The notes beneath the pieces are model-generated. The model made no database searches. It worked only from the letters and a program-made list of their open reading frames with translations, and was not told where the DNA came from. Positions 17,197 to 26,064 of a stretch of DNA of 60,802 nucleotides are shown in pieces. The stretch lies in assembly GCA_043818835.1 (NCBI GenBank), contig JBDRFK010000011.1, positions 1 to 60,802 on the forward strand, written 5' to 3'. Positions within the stretch are counted from its first letter, which is position 1, and every line of letters starts with the position of its first letter. The DNA is from a bacterium (GTDB lineage Bacteria; Patescibacteriota; Minisyncoccia; Portnoybacterales; UBA2143). A program made the position numbers and the translations under genes.

Positions 17197-17958
17197 ATGA
17201 TAAAAAAAGACTTAATAAAATTAGGATCAAAAACAGCCAAAGGCGGTTTTAAAAACGAGAAAGATGTTGTTAACCGATTCAATCGTTGGCAAAAAGACGC
17301 GGTTGCTCAGGATTGGTTAAAAGCGATGGGCTATGATATTTCCGATATAGATTATGTCAGAGCGTCCAAAATTCATGGGCAATACAAAGCTGATGTGCAG
17401 ATTAGAGTTAGAATTGTTATCAAGTTAAAATCTCAAGAGGATTTGCAAAATCTGCAAGTAAAACTTGTCAGCAATCCGCAAGGATTTAATCAAATTGACA
17501 AAAGATGGGTAGATAAATACACTGTTCTTTGGAATATTCCAAAAGAGGTGGTTAAGGTTTTAAAATTGTTTACCGGAGAGATGAAGCCGACACAGCGTTA
17601 TTTAAAAGATCAACGAAGGATGAATTTGACAGAATTTAAAGAAGAAGATCAACAAAAAGTTGTTGATTTCTTTAAAAATAATAAAATTTTGATTATCTCT
17701 GATCTATTAAAGGGCAGAGGGGAGCTTTCGGCTGATTGGGTTCTTGTGATTTTAAAGGTTAATCGTGAAAGCAGATGGGTTTTGAAGTCAATTAATGAGG
17801 CAATGAACGTTTTTGGCGGCGGCGATGTCAGAATAACGGACAAGGGCAGCTTGAGAATTGGAAAAATCACGATGCAACGCAAAGGCGGCGACGCGGGAAG
17901 AGAAACGGCAAAAATGCTCCAATTTAAAATTAATCCGGTTGAACTTTTTGACCAATAA
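17197..17958 (+). CDS. Putative type II restriction endonuclease (possibly HpaII/MspI-like)
   Basis: Sits between the C5-MTase and vsr with 4-nt and 2-nt gaps. KADVQI...NLQVKLVS fits a D...(Q/E)xK catalytic pattern. The C-terminal KMLQFK recalls MspI from memory only. Confidence 0.55.
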   Translation: MIKKDLIKLGSKTAKGGFKNEKDVVNRFNRWQKDAVAQDWLKAMGYDISDIDYVRASKIHGQYKADVQIRVRIVIKLKSQEDLQNLQVKLVSNPQGFNQIDKRWVDKYTVLWNIPKEVVKVLKLFTGEMKPTQRYLKDQRRMNLTEFKEEDQQKVVDFFKNNKILIISDLLKGRGELSADWVLVILKVNRESRWVLKSINEAMNVFGGGDVRITDKGSLRIGKITMQRKGGDAGRETAKMLQFKINPVELFDQ

Positions 17959-17960
17959 TA

Positions 17961-18365
17961 ATGGATACAGTTTCGGAAAAAAAGAGAAGCGAAATAATGT
18001 CCAAAATAAGAAGCAAGGACACAAAAATTGAAATTAAATTTAGAAAAGCACTTTGGAAAGAAGGATTTAGATACAGAAAAAATTCAGGGAAATATTTTGG
18101 AAAACCAGATTTAGTTTTTAGGAAACATAAAACAGTGATATTTATTGATTCTTGTTTCTGGCATGGATGCAAGAAACATTGTCGTATTCCATCATCTAAT
18201 AACAAATATTGGATTGATAAAATCGAGAGAAACAAAAAAAGAGACAAAGAAGTTAACCGTCACTATAAAAAAATTGATCGGAAAGTTATTAGAGTTTGGG
18301 AGCATGAAATAAATAACAACATAGACAATACAATAATAAAAATAATTAATTTATTAAGGAAATAG
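17961..18365 (+). CDS. vsr: Very short patch repair endonuclease
   Basis: KPDLVFRKHKTVIFIDSCFWHGC is the Vsr signature. Confidence 0.9.
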   Translation: MDTVSEKKRSEIMSKIRSKDTKIEIKFRKALWKEGFRYRKNSGKYFGKPDLVFRKHKTVIFIDSCFWHGCKKHCRIPSSNNKYWIDKIERNKKRDKEVNRHYKKIDRKVIRVWEHEINNNIDNTIIKIINLLRK

Positions 18366-18460
18366 CAAAATATCTTTGCGGAGTAGTTATTTTAATTTAA
18401 TTTGTTTTGCTTTTTGACCATAGGTATATTATACTATAATAAATAAGTTAATCAAAACAT

Positions 18461-18688
18461 ATGGCATTAACAGGAGAAGTAAAAAAAATAAGTAAGAATG
18501 GGATTGAAAGCGAAATTTTTTCAGTTAATTTTAGTAATGGCACTTATGCTCAATTAAAAGAACTTAAAGGTTTTCTTGTTAAGAAAGATATACTTAAAGA
18601 GAGCGATTCGCTTGAAAAAGTGGTTGAAATTACAATAAGTCTACTGGAAACATTAAAAGATAAAGATAAAGATAAAGATAAATATTAA
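18461..18688 (+). CDS. Hypothetical protein (75 aa) ending in a (DK)n-Y tail
   Basis: ORF after a TTGACC...TATAAT-like promoter. The C-terminal KDKDKDKDKY is encoded by one arm of the 20-nt inverted repeat. Confidence 0.4.
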   Translation: MALTGEVKKISKNGIESEIFSVNFSNGTYAQLKELKGFLVKKDILKESDSLEKVVEITISLLETLKDKDKDKDKY

Positions 18689-18700
18689 ATATTCTGTTTT

Positions 18701-18973
18701 ATGTCAAATCAAGAAGAGCGAATTAGACCATTAGCCAGCGAAGAAGCTAAGAAATTACTTGAACAAGAAAGATTTAGATGCAGAGTAAAGGAAATTATAG
18801 ATGAATATATTGAAAATGTGAATTTTGCTAACATTGTTAAAAAATATTCTGCCGAAGAAATGGATAAAAGATTATTCAGAAGTGTTAAGTATTGGGCTAT
18901 TGTTATTTTTACAGCAATAATTACGAGTGCTATTGGTTTCGCTATTGCTCGTTTTTTTCAAACATTGTTTTGA
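18701..18973 (+). CDS. Hypothetical tail-anchored membrane protein (90 aa)
   Basis: Charged helical N-terminus and C-terminal TM helix YWAIVIFTAIITSAIGFAIARFF. Confidence 0.45.
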   Translation: MSNQEERIRPLASEEAKKLLEQERFRCRVKEIIDEYIENVNFANIVKKYSAEEMDKRLFRSVKYWAIVIFTAIITSAIGFAIARFFQTLF

Positions 18974-18988
18974 CAAATACCCCCCCTC

Positions 18989-19080
18989 TTTGCTAATCTA
19001 TGGCGAATAACAAAAAGGGGCTATATTAAGGAGAAATTGCGGGAACATCCTTTTTGTTGGGTGTTTTTGTTCTTTAAAAA
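18989..19080 (+). repeat. 92-nt repeat, copy A (hairpin aacaaaaagg/cctttttgtt enclosing an aaggag box)
   Basis: Near-identical to 19947-20040. Confidence 0.8.
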
Positions 19081-19179
19081 TTATAAAAAAAGGAGATTTT
19101 ATGAAAATTAATTATTTTTAATTGATACTTTAGCTTATTGTCTATAAACTTATTATTTTGTATACGGAGGATTATAATT

Positions 19180-19404
19180 ATGGGTTCGCAGGGTAAAGTT
19201 TCTAATTATCATCAGCATAAAGATGGTTCTAAAGGATGGGATATTAATATAAAATCACGTAATGGACATGGAAAAACAAGCCATAAAATGCATGTGACAG
19301 ATTATAACAATGTTGGCAAATCTGGTGGAGGATTACTTTCTGGTTTTGCAAAAGCTGCTGGATCTGTATTTGATAAAATGAGAGGCGGAAAAGAAAATTG
19401 GTAA
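19180..19404 (+). CDS. Hypothetical Gly/Lys/His-rich small protein (74 aa)
   Basis: acggagga RBS 8 nt before the ATG. Followed by a bidirectional terminator. Confidence 0.5.
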   Translation: MGSQGKVSNYHQHKDGSKGWDINIKSRNGHGKTSHKMHVTDYNNVGKSGGGLLSGFAKAAGSVFDKMRGGKENW

Positions 19405-19435
19405 CTTAAAACAAAGATCAATAAGATCAATAAAA

Positions 19436-19463
19436 AAAGAGGACAAATTAAATTGTCCTCTTT
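19436..19463. terminator. Bidirectional hairpin terminator
   Basis: aaagaggacaa/ttgtcctcttt between convergent ORFs. Confidence 0.7.
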
Positions 19464-19467
19464 GACT

Positions 19468-19737
19468 TTATTTTGTGTGTTTTTTAGCGATTAATTTATC
19501 CAGTTCTATTAATAATTCTTTTTTATCAACTGTATCGTCTATCAATTCAATAAAATCTGCTTTACTTGCTTTTTCTTGTATTTTTCTGTCAATAAAGAAA
19601 GTTCCTAACTTTTTAGTTAGAATTTTGAGTTCTTTTCTAGAAAGTGTCCAAAGCTTTTGCCATACATTTTGCCATTCTTGTTTTGTCCATCCTTCTGGCG
19701 TCCAATCTGTATCATAATATTTATCTTTATCTTTCAT
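19468..19737 (-). CDS. Hypothetical Trp-rich protein (89 aa) starting MKDKDKY
   Basis: TTGACG-17-TAATAT promoter (19744-19772, minus strand) ends 7 nt before the ATG, so the mRNA may be leaderless. Confidence 0.5.
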   Translation of the reverse strand: MKDKDKYYDTDWTPEGWTKQEWQNVWQKLWTLSRKELKILTKKLGTFFIDRKIQEKASKADFIELIDDTVDKKELLIELDKLIAKKHTK

Positions 19738-19785
19738 AATCTTATATTAGGACTATTAACGTATTGCGTCAATAAATAATGGTAA

Positions 19786-19857
19786 ATTTAACAATTTAAC
19801 AATGTTTAACAATTAACAATGGATTAACAATGGTGGGCTTTGCAAACACCACCTTTG
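19786..19857 (-). repeat. Inverted copy of the 15012-type element with TTGTTAA/TTAACAA heptamers
   Basis: The reverse complement reads caaaggtggtgtttgcaaagcccaccattgttaatccattgttaattgttaa. Confidence 0.6.
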
Positions 19858-19872
19858 CACTCCCATAAACAA

Positions 19873-19906
19873 TTAACCGGCTCAAACGGCCGTTTGAGCC
19901 GGTTAA
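19873..19906. other. 34-nt perfect palindrome
   Basis: ttaaccggctcaaacgg/ccgtttgagccggttaa. Confidence 0.7.
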
Positions 19907-19946
19907 TGATGAAAACTGTCAAACCATTGACGCAATTAACCTCATT

Positions 19947-20040
19947 TGCTAACCTATGGCGAAACAACAAAAGGGGGCTATATTAAGGAGAAATTGCGGG
20001 AACACCCTTTTTGTTGGGTGTTTTTGTTCTTTTAAAAAAT
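19947..20040 (+). repeat. 92-nt repeat, copy B
   Basis: Direct repeat of 18989-19080, 958 nt away. Confidence 0.8.
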
Positions 20041-20064
20041 AATCATAGACATGGAGATTTTGAG

Positions 20065-20747
20065 ATGGAAACTCAGAGAAGATTAGAAAAAAGAATGTTT
20101 TTGTCTAATGATAAGTATAACCTGCTGATAAAAAAATAGAATCATTTAATTTTTTGCATAGATATTATTTTGATTTTCCGGTTACAGAGACGATTTATTT
20201 TACGCTTAGCGACTTATTACATTCATTATATGCAAATCTATATGTGCGACTTAGAAGATATGTAAATTGCATATCGCAAGAAATTGTATTAGGCAGGCAG
20301 GAATCTTATTTAGAAATAAAGGAGAAAATAGAAAATGCAGTTGTGGGATTTAAAAAAAGGCGCAAAATTCAAAGCGAACAAGCTGTGCAGGTATTATCTA
20401 AAAAACAGAAAAATATTTTTGTAGATTTCTTACCTGCAAATCATCCTCCTCTTTATCCTTTTGTGGGTACGCAAGTTAGAAGAACGCATTGGCAGGGCGG
20501 AGGAATAAGAATAACTATTGATCCTGATATATTTTTCTTTGGTTTTAGTGGTAGTGAATGTAGGGGTTTTAGAATAGGATCTCTTAATGAAACTAAAATC
20601 GAATTTAAATATGATGAAAATGTTAGTTTGTTGTTTTGTCAGAATTTGGAAGAAAAGATTTTAGGTGATATGAGTTATTTATTATGGGATAAAGAATATA
20701 TAGAGAGGAAATTAAGATTATGTTATGCGCAGTGGAATCAAAATTAA
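20065..20747 (+). pseudogene. VTC-like (CYTH superfamily) triphosphate-tunnel gene interrupted by a -1 frame change at A7
   Basis: N-terminus RRLEKRMFL, then TAG immediately after A AAA AAA (20130-36). The -1 frame continues YYFDFP...YVRLRRY...SYLEIKEK...GGIRITIDPD...KIEFKYDE, matching the VTC-domain strand order. Confidence 0.55.
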
Positions 20748-21465
20748 GCATTCAAAAGAAATATTTTACAAAGGAGTTCCCGGAGTATGAAATAGAAAGT
20801 AAATGGAGTCTATTAACTCAAAATCCAGTTGTAGTTTTATTAAGATTTGTAAAAGATATTAAAAAAGGTTTTTGGAGGCCATATACAATTCAAAAATGTA
20901 TGGGTGCAATGCCTATTGGAATTAGGTTTTTTTCAATTGATTTTGTTTTTTTGGAAGATATATGGGTGGTGTTTGGGAAGAAGTAGCCAAAGCCGCCAAA
21001 TCTCCGTGGCGAGAAAATAAATATTTATTAGCTTTTAAGGGCGTACAACAGGCATTTCAGTTTTCTGATATAGAAAATTTTCATTACCCATTAAAAAGAA
21101 AAGAAAGTAGAAAAGGCGACTGGATATGTTATGATAATATGATTAAACAGATCCAGTCAGTTTTTCCAAACGCAAGAGAAGTTGGAATGATTAGAAGAGA
21201 AAGATGCTCAATTTATATTACTAATTATCTTACTTTCAGAAATTTTTGTCTTTCGGCAGATTTATGTTCCTTTTTGCAATCAAAATTAAGTCAGGTTGAA
21301 GTAGAATATAAGGGGCGTAATGGTTTATGGTTATGTGGCACTGAGAGAGAAATTTTGAGAGAATTCGAATTATTACATGCTATTTTAGAAAACAATTATT
21401 CTGATGTTATTTGTCCAACTAGAATGAGAAAATTTAATTGGATTATTGACTGTTTGATTAAATAA
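20720..21465 (+). pseudogene. CYTH (CyaB/ThTPase-like) gene interrupted by a -1 frame change at T TTT TTG
   Basis: EYEIESKW (ExExK), FFSID, then after 20947-53 in the -1 frame AKAAKSPWRENKYLLAFKG...IRRERCSIYIT...LSQVEVEYKG. Confidence 0.5.
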
Positions 21466-21524
21466 GTTAACATATAAAGAGGAGAATCTATTCTCCTCTT
21501 TAATTCGTATAATATAATACCAAA

Positions 21525-22223
21525 ATGCCGTTATTTATTTCGCATATTAGTTTTCTAAAAAAATTTTGGGATGAAAATCAATACTCAATGGATTTTTTCC
21601 ACGATGCTGTTTTTGGCACTTTATTGTCCGATATTAGATATATAACTAAACAAAACAGAGAAATTACACATCTAACTAATACAATTCAATCTTCTCAGTC
21701 TTTAATGACCTACAACGAATTGTTTAGAAATATTCTTGAAAGGAGCAATTCAATAATTAATATTAGTAATATTTCTAGTGAAAAATTGTTATTTTTCAAA
21801 ATTGGTTTTAGTTTTCATGTGGTATTGGATAAATGGTGGAGCAAGCAAATTTATTTTCCGTCAGATTTTGAGAGATTTGGCGTGTGCTTGAAATTTATGA
21901 ATGATATTTTGCTAAAACAACAAATTGATAATTGCAAATTAGATCTATCTCAAAGATTGGTTTACGAAATAAATTTTTTAAATATAGATAGCGAAATAAT
22001 TAAAAAATGGTATGATTTTGTTTTTTGGTACATTCGAAAAAAGCCAACACTAAAAAACATTGAAGAAATTCTTATTACTTCAAATTTATTTAAACCGGTG
22101 ATGGCTAAAAAAATTACTGAAGAAATTAACGAAATATCAAACAACAAAGAGATTATTGATAAAATAAATCAAATATACGAATCTTTTACATGGCATGATA
22201 TTAAAAATCAATTTGTAGCCTAA
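21525..22223 (+). CDS. Hypothetical protein, possible metal-dependent hydrolase (weak Zn-phospholipase-C-like pattern)
   Basis: SHISF...FFHDAVFGTLLSDIRY...REITH...FSFHVVLDKWW, i.e. spaced His/Asp residues. Confidence 0.45.
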   Translation: MPLFISHISFLKKFWDENQYSMDFFHDAVFGTLLSDIRYITKQNREITHLTNTIQSSQSLMTYNELFRNILERSNSIINISNISSEKLLFFKIGFSFHVVLDKWWSKQIYFPSDFERFGVCLKFMNDILLKQQIDNCKLDLSQRLVYEINFLNIDSEIIKKWYDFVFWYIRKKPTLKNIEEILITSNLFKPVMAKKITEEINEISNNKEIIDKINQIYESFTWHDIKNQFVA

Positions 22224-22872
22224 CTACCTGAAAAGTTTCGGCATATTTGCTGTTTATTTCAAATCCTCTGTATTTTGCGCGGGCAGTAATTCCGTTTATC
22301 CAATCTATTTTGCGATTAGAAAATTTTTTTATCTGAGATTGATGGCATTGCAGAGCTTTTATTTTTTGTTCTTGAAATTTAGAAATATCAATATATATTT
22401 GTGGAGAGAAAGATGATATCGCAGTTCTGCCTGATGGGAAAATAGGCTCCCACATTAATATAGAATTATGATACCTTGCGGCTGATAAAACCGATTTAGA
22501 AACATTTATGTGGTCTTGATGAGTATCATTTATCCAATGAGTTAGAATTAAATCTGGTTTAAAGGCTGATATTATTTTATCTATTTTTTCTACAATGGCT
22601 ACATTATAGGGAATTGATTTTTCGGGAAAATCTAGACAAATTAAATTTTGGTTTGGTATATTAAGCTTTTGTAGCGCTAATTTGCCTTCTTGTTGAGCAA
22701 TTTTTTTTGTTCTAATTGTCTCGCCGGAAAAATGATTAAATTCTCCATTACCAGCTACTATGATTTTTATTTCGCTTTTATCAGCTTGTGCTTTTGCCAG
22801 CATTCCTCCACAATTAATTTCTACATCATCAAAATGGGCTCCTATTGCGATTATTTTTTTAAAAGTATTCAT
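22201..22872 (-). CDS. PIG-L/LmbE family deacetylase
   Basis: IGAHFDDVEINCGG...THWINDTHQDH. Confidence 0.8.
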   Translation of the reverse strand: MNTFKKIIAIGAHFDDVEINCGGMLAKAQADKSEIKIIVAGNGEFNHFSGETIRTKKIAQQEGKLALQKLNIPNQNLICLDFPEKSIPYNVAIVEKIDKIISAFKPDLILTHWINDTHQDHINVSKSVLSAARYHNSILMWEPIFPSGRTAISSFSPQIYIDISKFQEQKIKALQCHQSQIKKFSNRKIDWINGITARAKYRGFEINSKYAETFQVVRLQIDF

Positions 22873-23992
22873 ATAGATCTGAATAATTATTTTTATATTT
22901 AAAAATTTCTCTTTGTACTCTATATAATTCGGTGTTCCAATGGATTGATATATTATCTATCAATTTGTAAAGTAGTTTTTGACGGTCAAAAACCTGTAAC
23001 ACCGCCATCAGAGGATAGTTAATATTTGAACATAATGTGGCTATAGTTGTTGCTGATATTCTTGTATTTATTTCATATACTTTAGGTCCATTTTTTGTCA
23101 TGATAAGCTGAATATTAATTGGGCCAGAAAATTTAAATATTCGAGCTATATTTTTAACATAATTTATTATATCTTTATTATTAATAATAATACCTCCAGT
23201 AGACATTCCAGGGATTAACCCAGTTCTTTTCATTGGAACAACAGAGATAGCTTTGCCCTTATTACAAAATAAATAAACTGAATAGTCATCTCCTTTAAGA
23301 TAATCCATTAATATTACTTTGGGAAATTCTTTATCAGTTTTTATTATATTTATTAGTTCATTTAACGATATAAAAATATTTTCAGTTGGTTTGCTGTTAA
23401 TTAACAATTCCAACTTTTTGTAGTTATTTTTTATAATTCTAAATCCGCGACTTCCATGGGCTATTCTTGGTTTAAAAACTATTTCTTTTTTAGGATATCC
23501 AAGCTTTTGAGCACATTGAATTAATTCCGAAACGTTATTTGGAGAAAAGGCATTTGGTACAGGGCAATTATGGTTTTTTAAATATTGATTAGTTAGCCAT
23601 TTATCATTACATGTTTCTATATTCTCTAAATTTATTTCGCCAATAATTTTAATTTTATTTGCTTTAAAATCTTTTTTATTTTTCAGTATTGTGATAATTT
23701 CTTCGATGGTTAGTGGAAATATTGCGTCTATTTTTTCTTTTCTACAAATATATAACAATCTTTCAATATAATTTTTATTATTAGCCAAAGGAACTTTATA
23801 AAAACTATTGATAAAAAATTTTGTTGTATTGTTATCGTTAATATCTACACCGACTATTTTATTAACTTTGTTTTTTAGTGATAAAATTGTATTTGTGCCA
23901 GATGGACTTAATCCACTTGCCGTAACAAGTACATTATATGGTAATTTTGAATTAGCTTTGATTGCCAAATGTTTTTTTAAATTCGTTTTCAT
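22859..23992 (-). CDS. ATP-grasp domain protein
   Basis: FKPRIAHGSRGFRII...DYSVY...YEINTRISAT. Overlaps the PIG-L gene by 14 nt. Confidence 0.7.
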   Translation of the reverse strand: MKTNLKKHLAIKANSKLPYNVLVTASGLSPSGTNTILSLKNKVNKIVGVDINDNNTTKFFINSFYKVPLANNKNYIERLLYICRKEKIDAIFPLTIEEIITILKNKKDFKANKIKIIGEINLENIETCNDKWLTNQYLKNHNCPVPNAFSPNNVSELIQCAQKLGYPKKEIVFKPRIAHGSRGFRIIKNNYKKLELLINSKPTENIFISLNELINIIKTDKEFPKVILMDYLKGDDYSVYLFCNKGKAISVVPMKRTGLIPGMSTGGIIINNKDIINYVKNIARIFKFSGPINIQLIMTKNGPKVYEINTRISATTIATLCSNINYPLMAVLQVFDRQKLLYKLIDNISIHWNTELYRVQREIFKYKNNYSDLYEYF

Positions 23993-24135
23993 AGTTTTAT
24001 TTTACTATTAAATTATCCATGTGAAAACATTGCATTTTATTCCGATTTGTGCTTAAATATGAAAAAGGAGAAAGAACTTTAACAGATAAATATTATACAT
24101 CTTTGATTAAACAATTTAAATAAAGGGGTAATAAA

Positions 24136-24960
24136 ATGTCTCGCAAAAAGATATTTTTAACAGGGATAACTGGATTTCTAGGTTCAAATTTGGCTCATGA
24201 ACTTTTAAATGCAGGATTTGAATTAGTGTGTTTGGTGCGCGCTTTAAATGAGATTGCATCTAGGGAACGCGTTGAACAAACTTTGCGTGTAATAAATCCT
24301 AAATTTGAAATTAATGGTCAGTTGCAAATCATTGAGGGCGATGTGCAATTACCTTGTTTAGGATTATCAGATTCAATAATACAAATGTTAAGACAAGAAG
24401 TAGATTCTGTATTCCATTGCGCTGGCTCCATTTCTTTTTCAGAACAGGAGTCCGAAAAGACATGGAGAACTAATGTAGAAGGTGTAAGGCAGATTATTGA
24501 TTTTAATCCAATATTTAAGAAGTTTAGTGAGCGTTTGATGGCTATAAAGGATGGGTTTGATAAAAATCAAATTGACTTGACGGAAAGAATTAAACAGTAT
24601 TGCGAATTGTTGAATGATGTTAAAGAAGCGCAAAAAGAATCACAAGAATTAGGTTATGACTTAAAAGAGCGAGGGTTGTATTATATTTCTAAAGAATATA
24701 TTAAAAACCAAGACAAAGAATTGATAAGGGGATTTATTAAAGAGATGCGAAATCGGCTTGATGATATTTTAGATGCCAATTGGCAAGAATCTTCTAAGAG
24801 AGAGCATTTTATTAAAGAAGTCAAAAAATCGTTACAAGAATTGATTCTAAAGGATTATAAGAATAAAATTAAAATAAATAATTTTCCTAAATATCTCAAT
24901 CGTTTAATGGATGTTATTATAAAAAGCTTTAAATATGAAGAAACAAATAAAACTTCATAA
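24136..24960 (+). CDS. Truncated SDR/thioester-reductase-like Rossmann N-terminus fused to a helical non-SDR region
   Basis: IFLTGITGFLGSNL...VFHCAG...TNVEGV, then homology is lost and no YxxxK is found. Confidence 0.5.
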   Translation: MSRKKIFLTGITGFLGSNLAHELLNAGFELVCLVRALNEIASRERVEQTLRVINPKFEINGQLQIIEGDVQLPCLGLSDSIIQMLRQEVDSVFHCAGSISFSEQESEKTWRTNVEGVRQIIDFNPIFKKFSERLMAIKDGFDKNQIDLTERIKQYCELLNDVKEAQKESQELGYDLKERGLYYISKEYIKNQDKELIRGFIKEMRNRLDDILDANWQESSKREHFIKEVKKSLQELILKDYKNKIKINNFPKYLNRLMDVIIKSFKYEETNKTS

Positions 24961-25495
24961 TAAAAAAGTTGATTATATTCTCAAGTTCAGCAAGCGCGCA
25001 AAAAGAATGCGTTTGACGGTTTATTGTGATGGGAGTTTTGTGGTTACAAAACCATATAATTTGAACAAAAACACTGCCGAAGAATTTATTATAAAAAAAG
25101 CAAACTGGATTTTATCTAAATTAGAATATTTTGATCAGCTTAAAAATAATTACTTTTTGAAACATAGCCATCAGAATTATTCAGATTGTCAAGAAAAAGC
25201 ATTAATTTTTGTCAATCGGCGAATCAAAAAATATAATAGTGATAATAGGTTTGCATTTAATAAAATTAATATTAAAAATCAAAAAACCAGATGGGGAAGC
25301 TGTTCTCAAAAAGGTAATTTAAATTTTAATTACAAAATAATATTTTTACCAATAAAAATAGCAGATTATATTATTATTCACGAATTATGTCATTTGAAAG
25401 AATTTAATCATTCGCAAAAGTTTTGGAATTTAGTCGCGGAAATAACACCAGATTATTTGGATATTAGGAAAAAGTTAAATAGTTTGATAAAATAA
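24935..25495 (+). CDS. YgjP-like (DUF45) M48-type metallohydrolase
   Basis: WGSCS...IIHELCHLKEFNHSQKFW. Confidence 0.8.
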   Translation: MKKQIKLHNKKVDYILKFSKRAKRMRLTVYCDGSFVVTKPYNLNKNTAEEFIIKKANWILSKLEYFDQLKNNYFLKHSHQNYSDCQEKALIFVNRRIKKYNSDNRFAFNKINIKNQKTRWGSCSQKGNLNFNYKIIFLPIKIADYIIIHELCHLKEFNHSQKFWNLVAEITPDYLDIRKKLNSLIK

Positions 25496-25518
25496 TATAC
25501 AAGGAATAAATAAAAACT

Positions 25519-26007
25519 ATGTCTAAACATAAAATAAACCCAAAACGTCTTGTTATCTCTCTTATCTTGCCACAATTGGCGGGATTGGTTGGTTCTTTTT
25601 TTACTGCTTCAGCGATATCGGAATGGTATGCTGGTTTGGTAAAGCCGGGCTTCGGTCCTCCGAATTGGATTTTTGGTCCAGTTTGGATTACGCTCTATAT
25701 TCTGATGGGCGTCAGTGTTTATCTTGTCTGGTCTTTGTCTGATAGAGAAAACAAAGACAAATCAAAAAGCGCGCTAAATCTTTTTTGGATACATTTGTTT
25801 TTTAACGCAATATGGTCACCGATATTTTTTGGTCTAAAAAATCCCGGCTTGGCTCTAATCAGTATTATTATAATTTGGATTCTAATAATTGCGCTAATTT
25901 TCAAATTTTATAAAATTAGCAAATTATCAGCTTATCTACTGGTTCCATATTTCGCATGGGTTTCCTTTGCCACCCTATTAAACTATTTTATTTGGTATTT
26001 GAATTAA
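25519..26007 (+). CDS. tspO: TspO/MBR family tryptophan-rich membrane protein
   Basis: KPGFGPPNWIFGPVWITLYILMG, five TM helices. Confidence 0.85.
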   Translation: MSKHKINPKRLVISLILPQLAGLVGSFFTASAISEWYAGLVKPGFGPPNWIFGPVWITLYILMGVSVYLVWSLSDRENKDKSKSALNLFWIHLFFNAIWSPIFFGLKNPGLALISIIIIWILIIALIFKFYKISKLSAYLLVPYFAWVSFATLLNYFIWYLN

Positions 26008-26064
26008 AAATAAAAAGGATAGAGATAGAATGACAGAAAACGATAGAATTGGTATAATCTAAGT

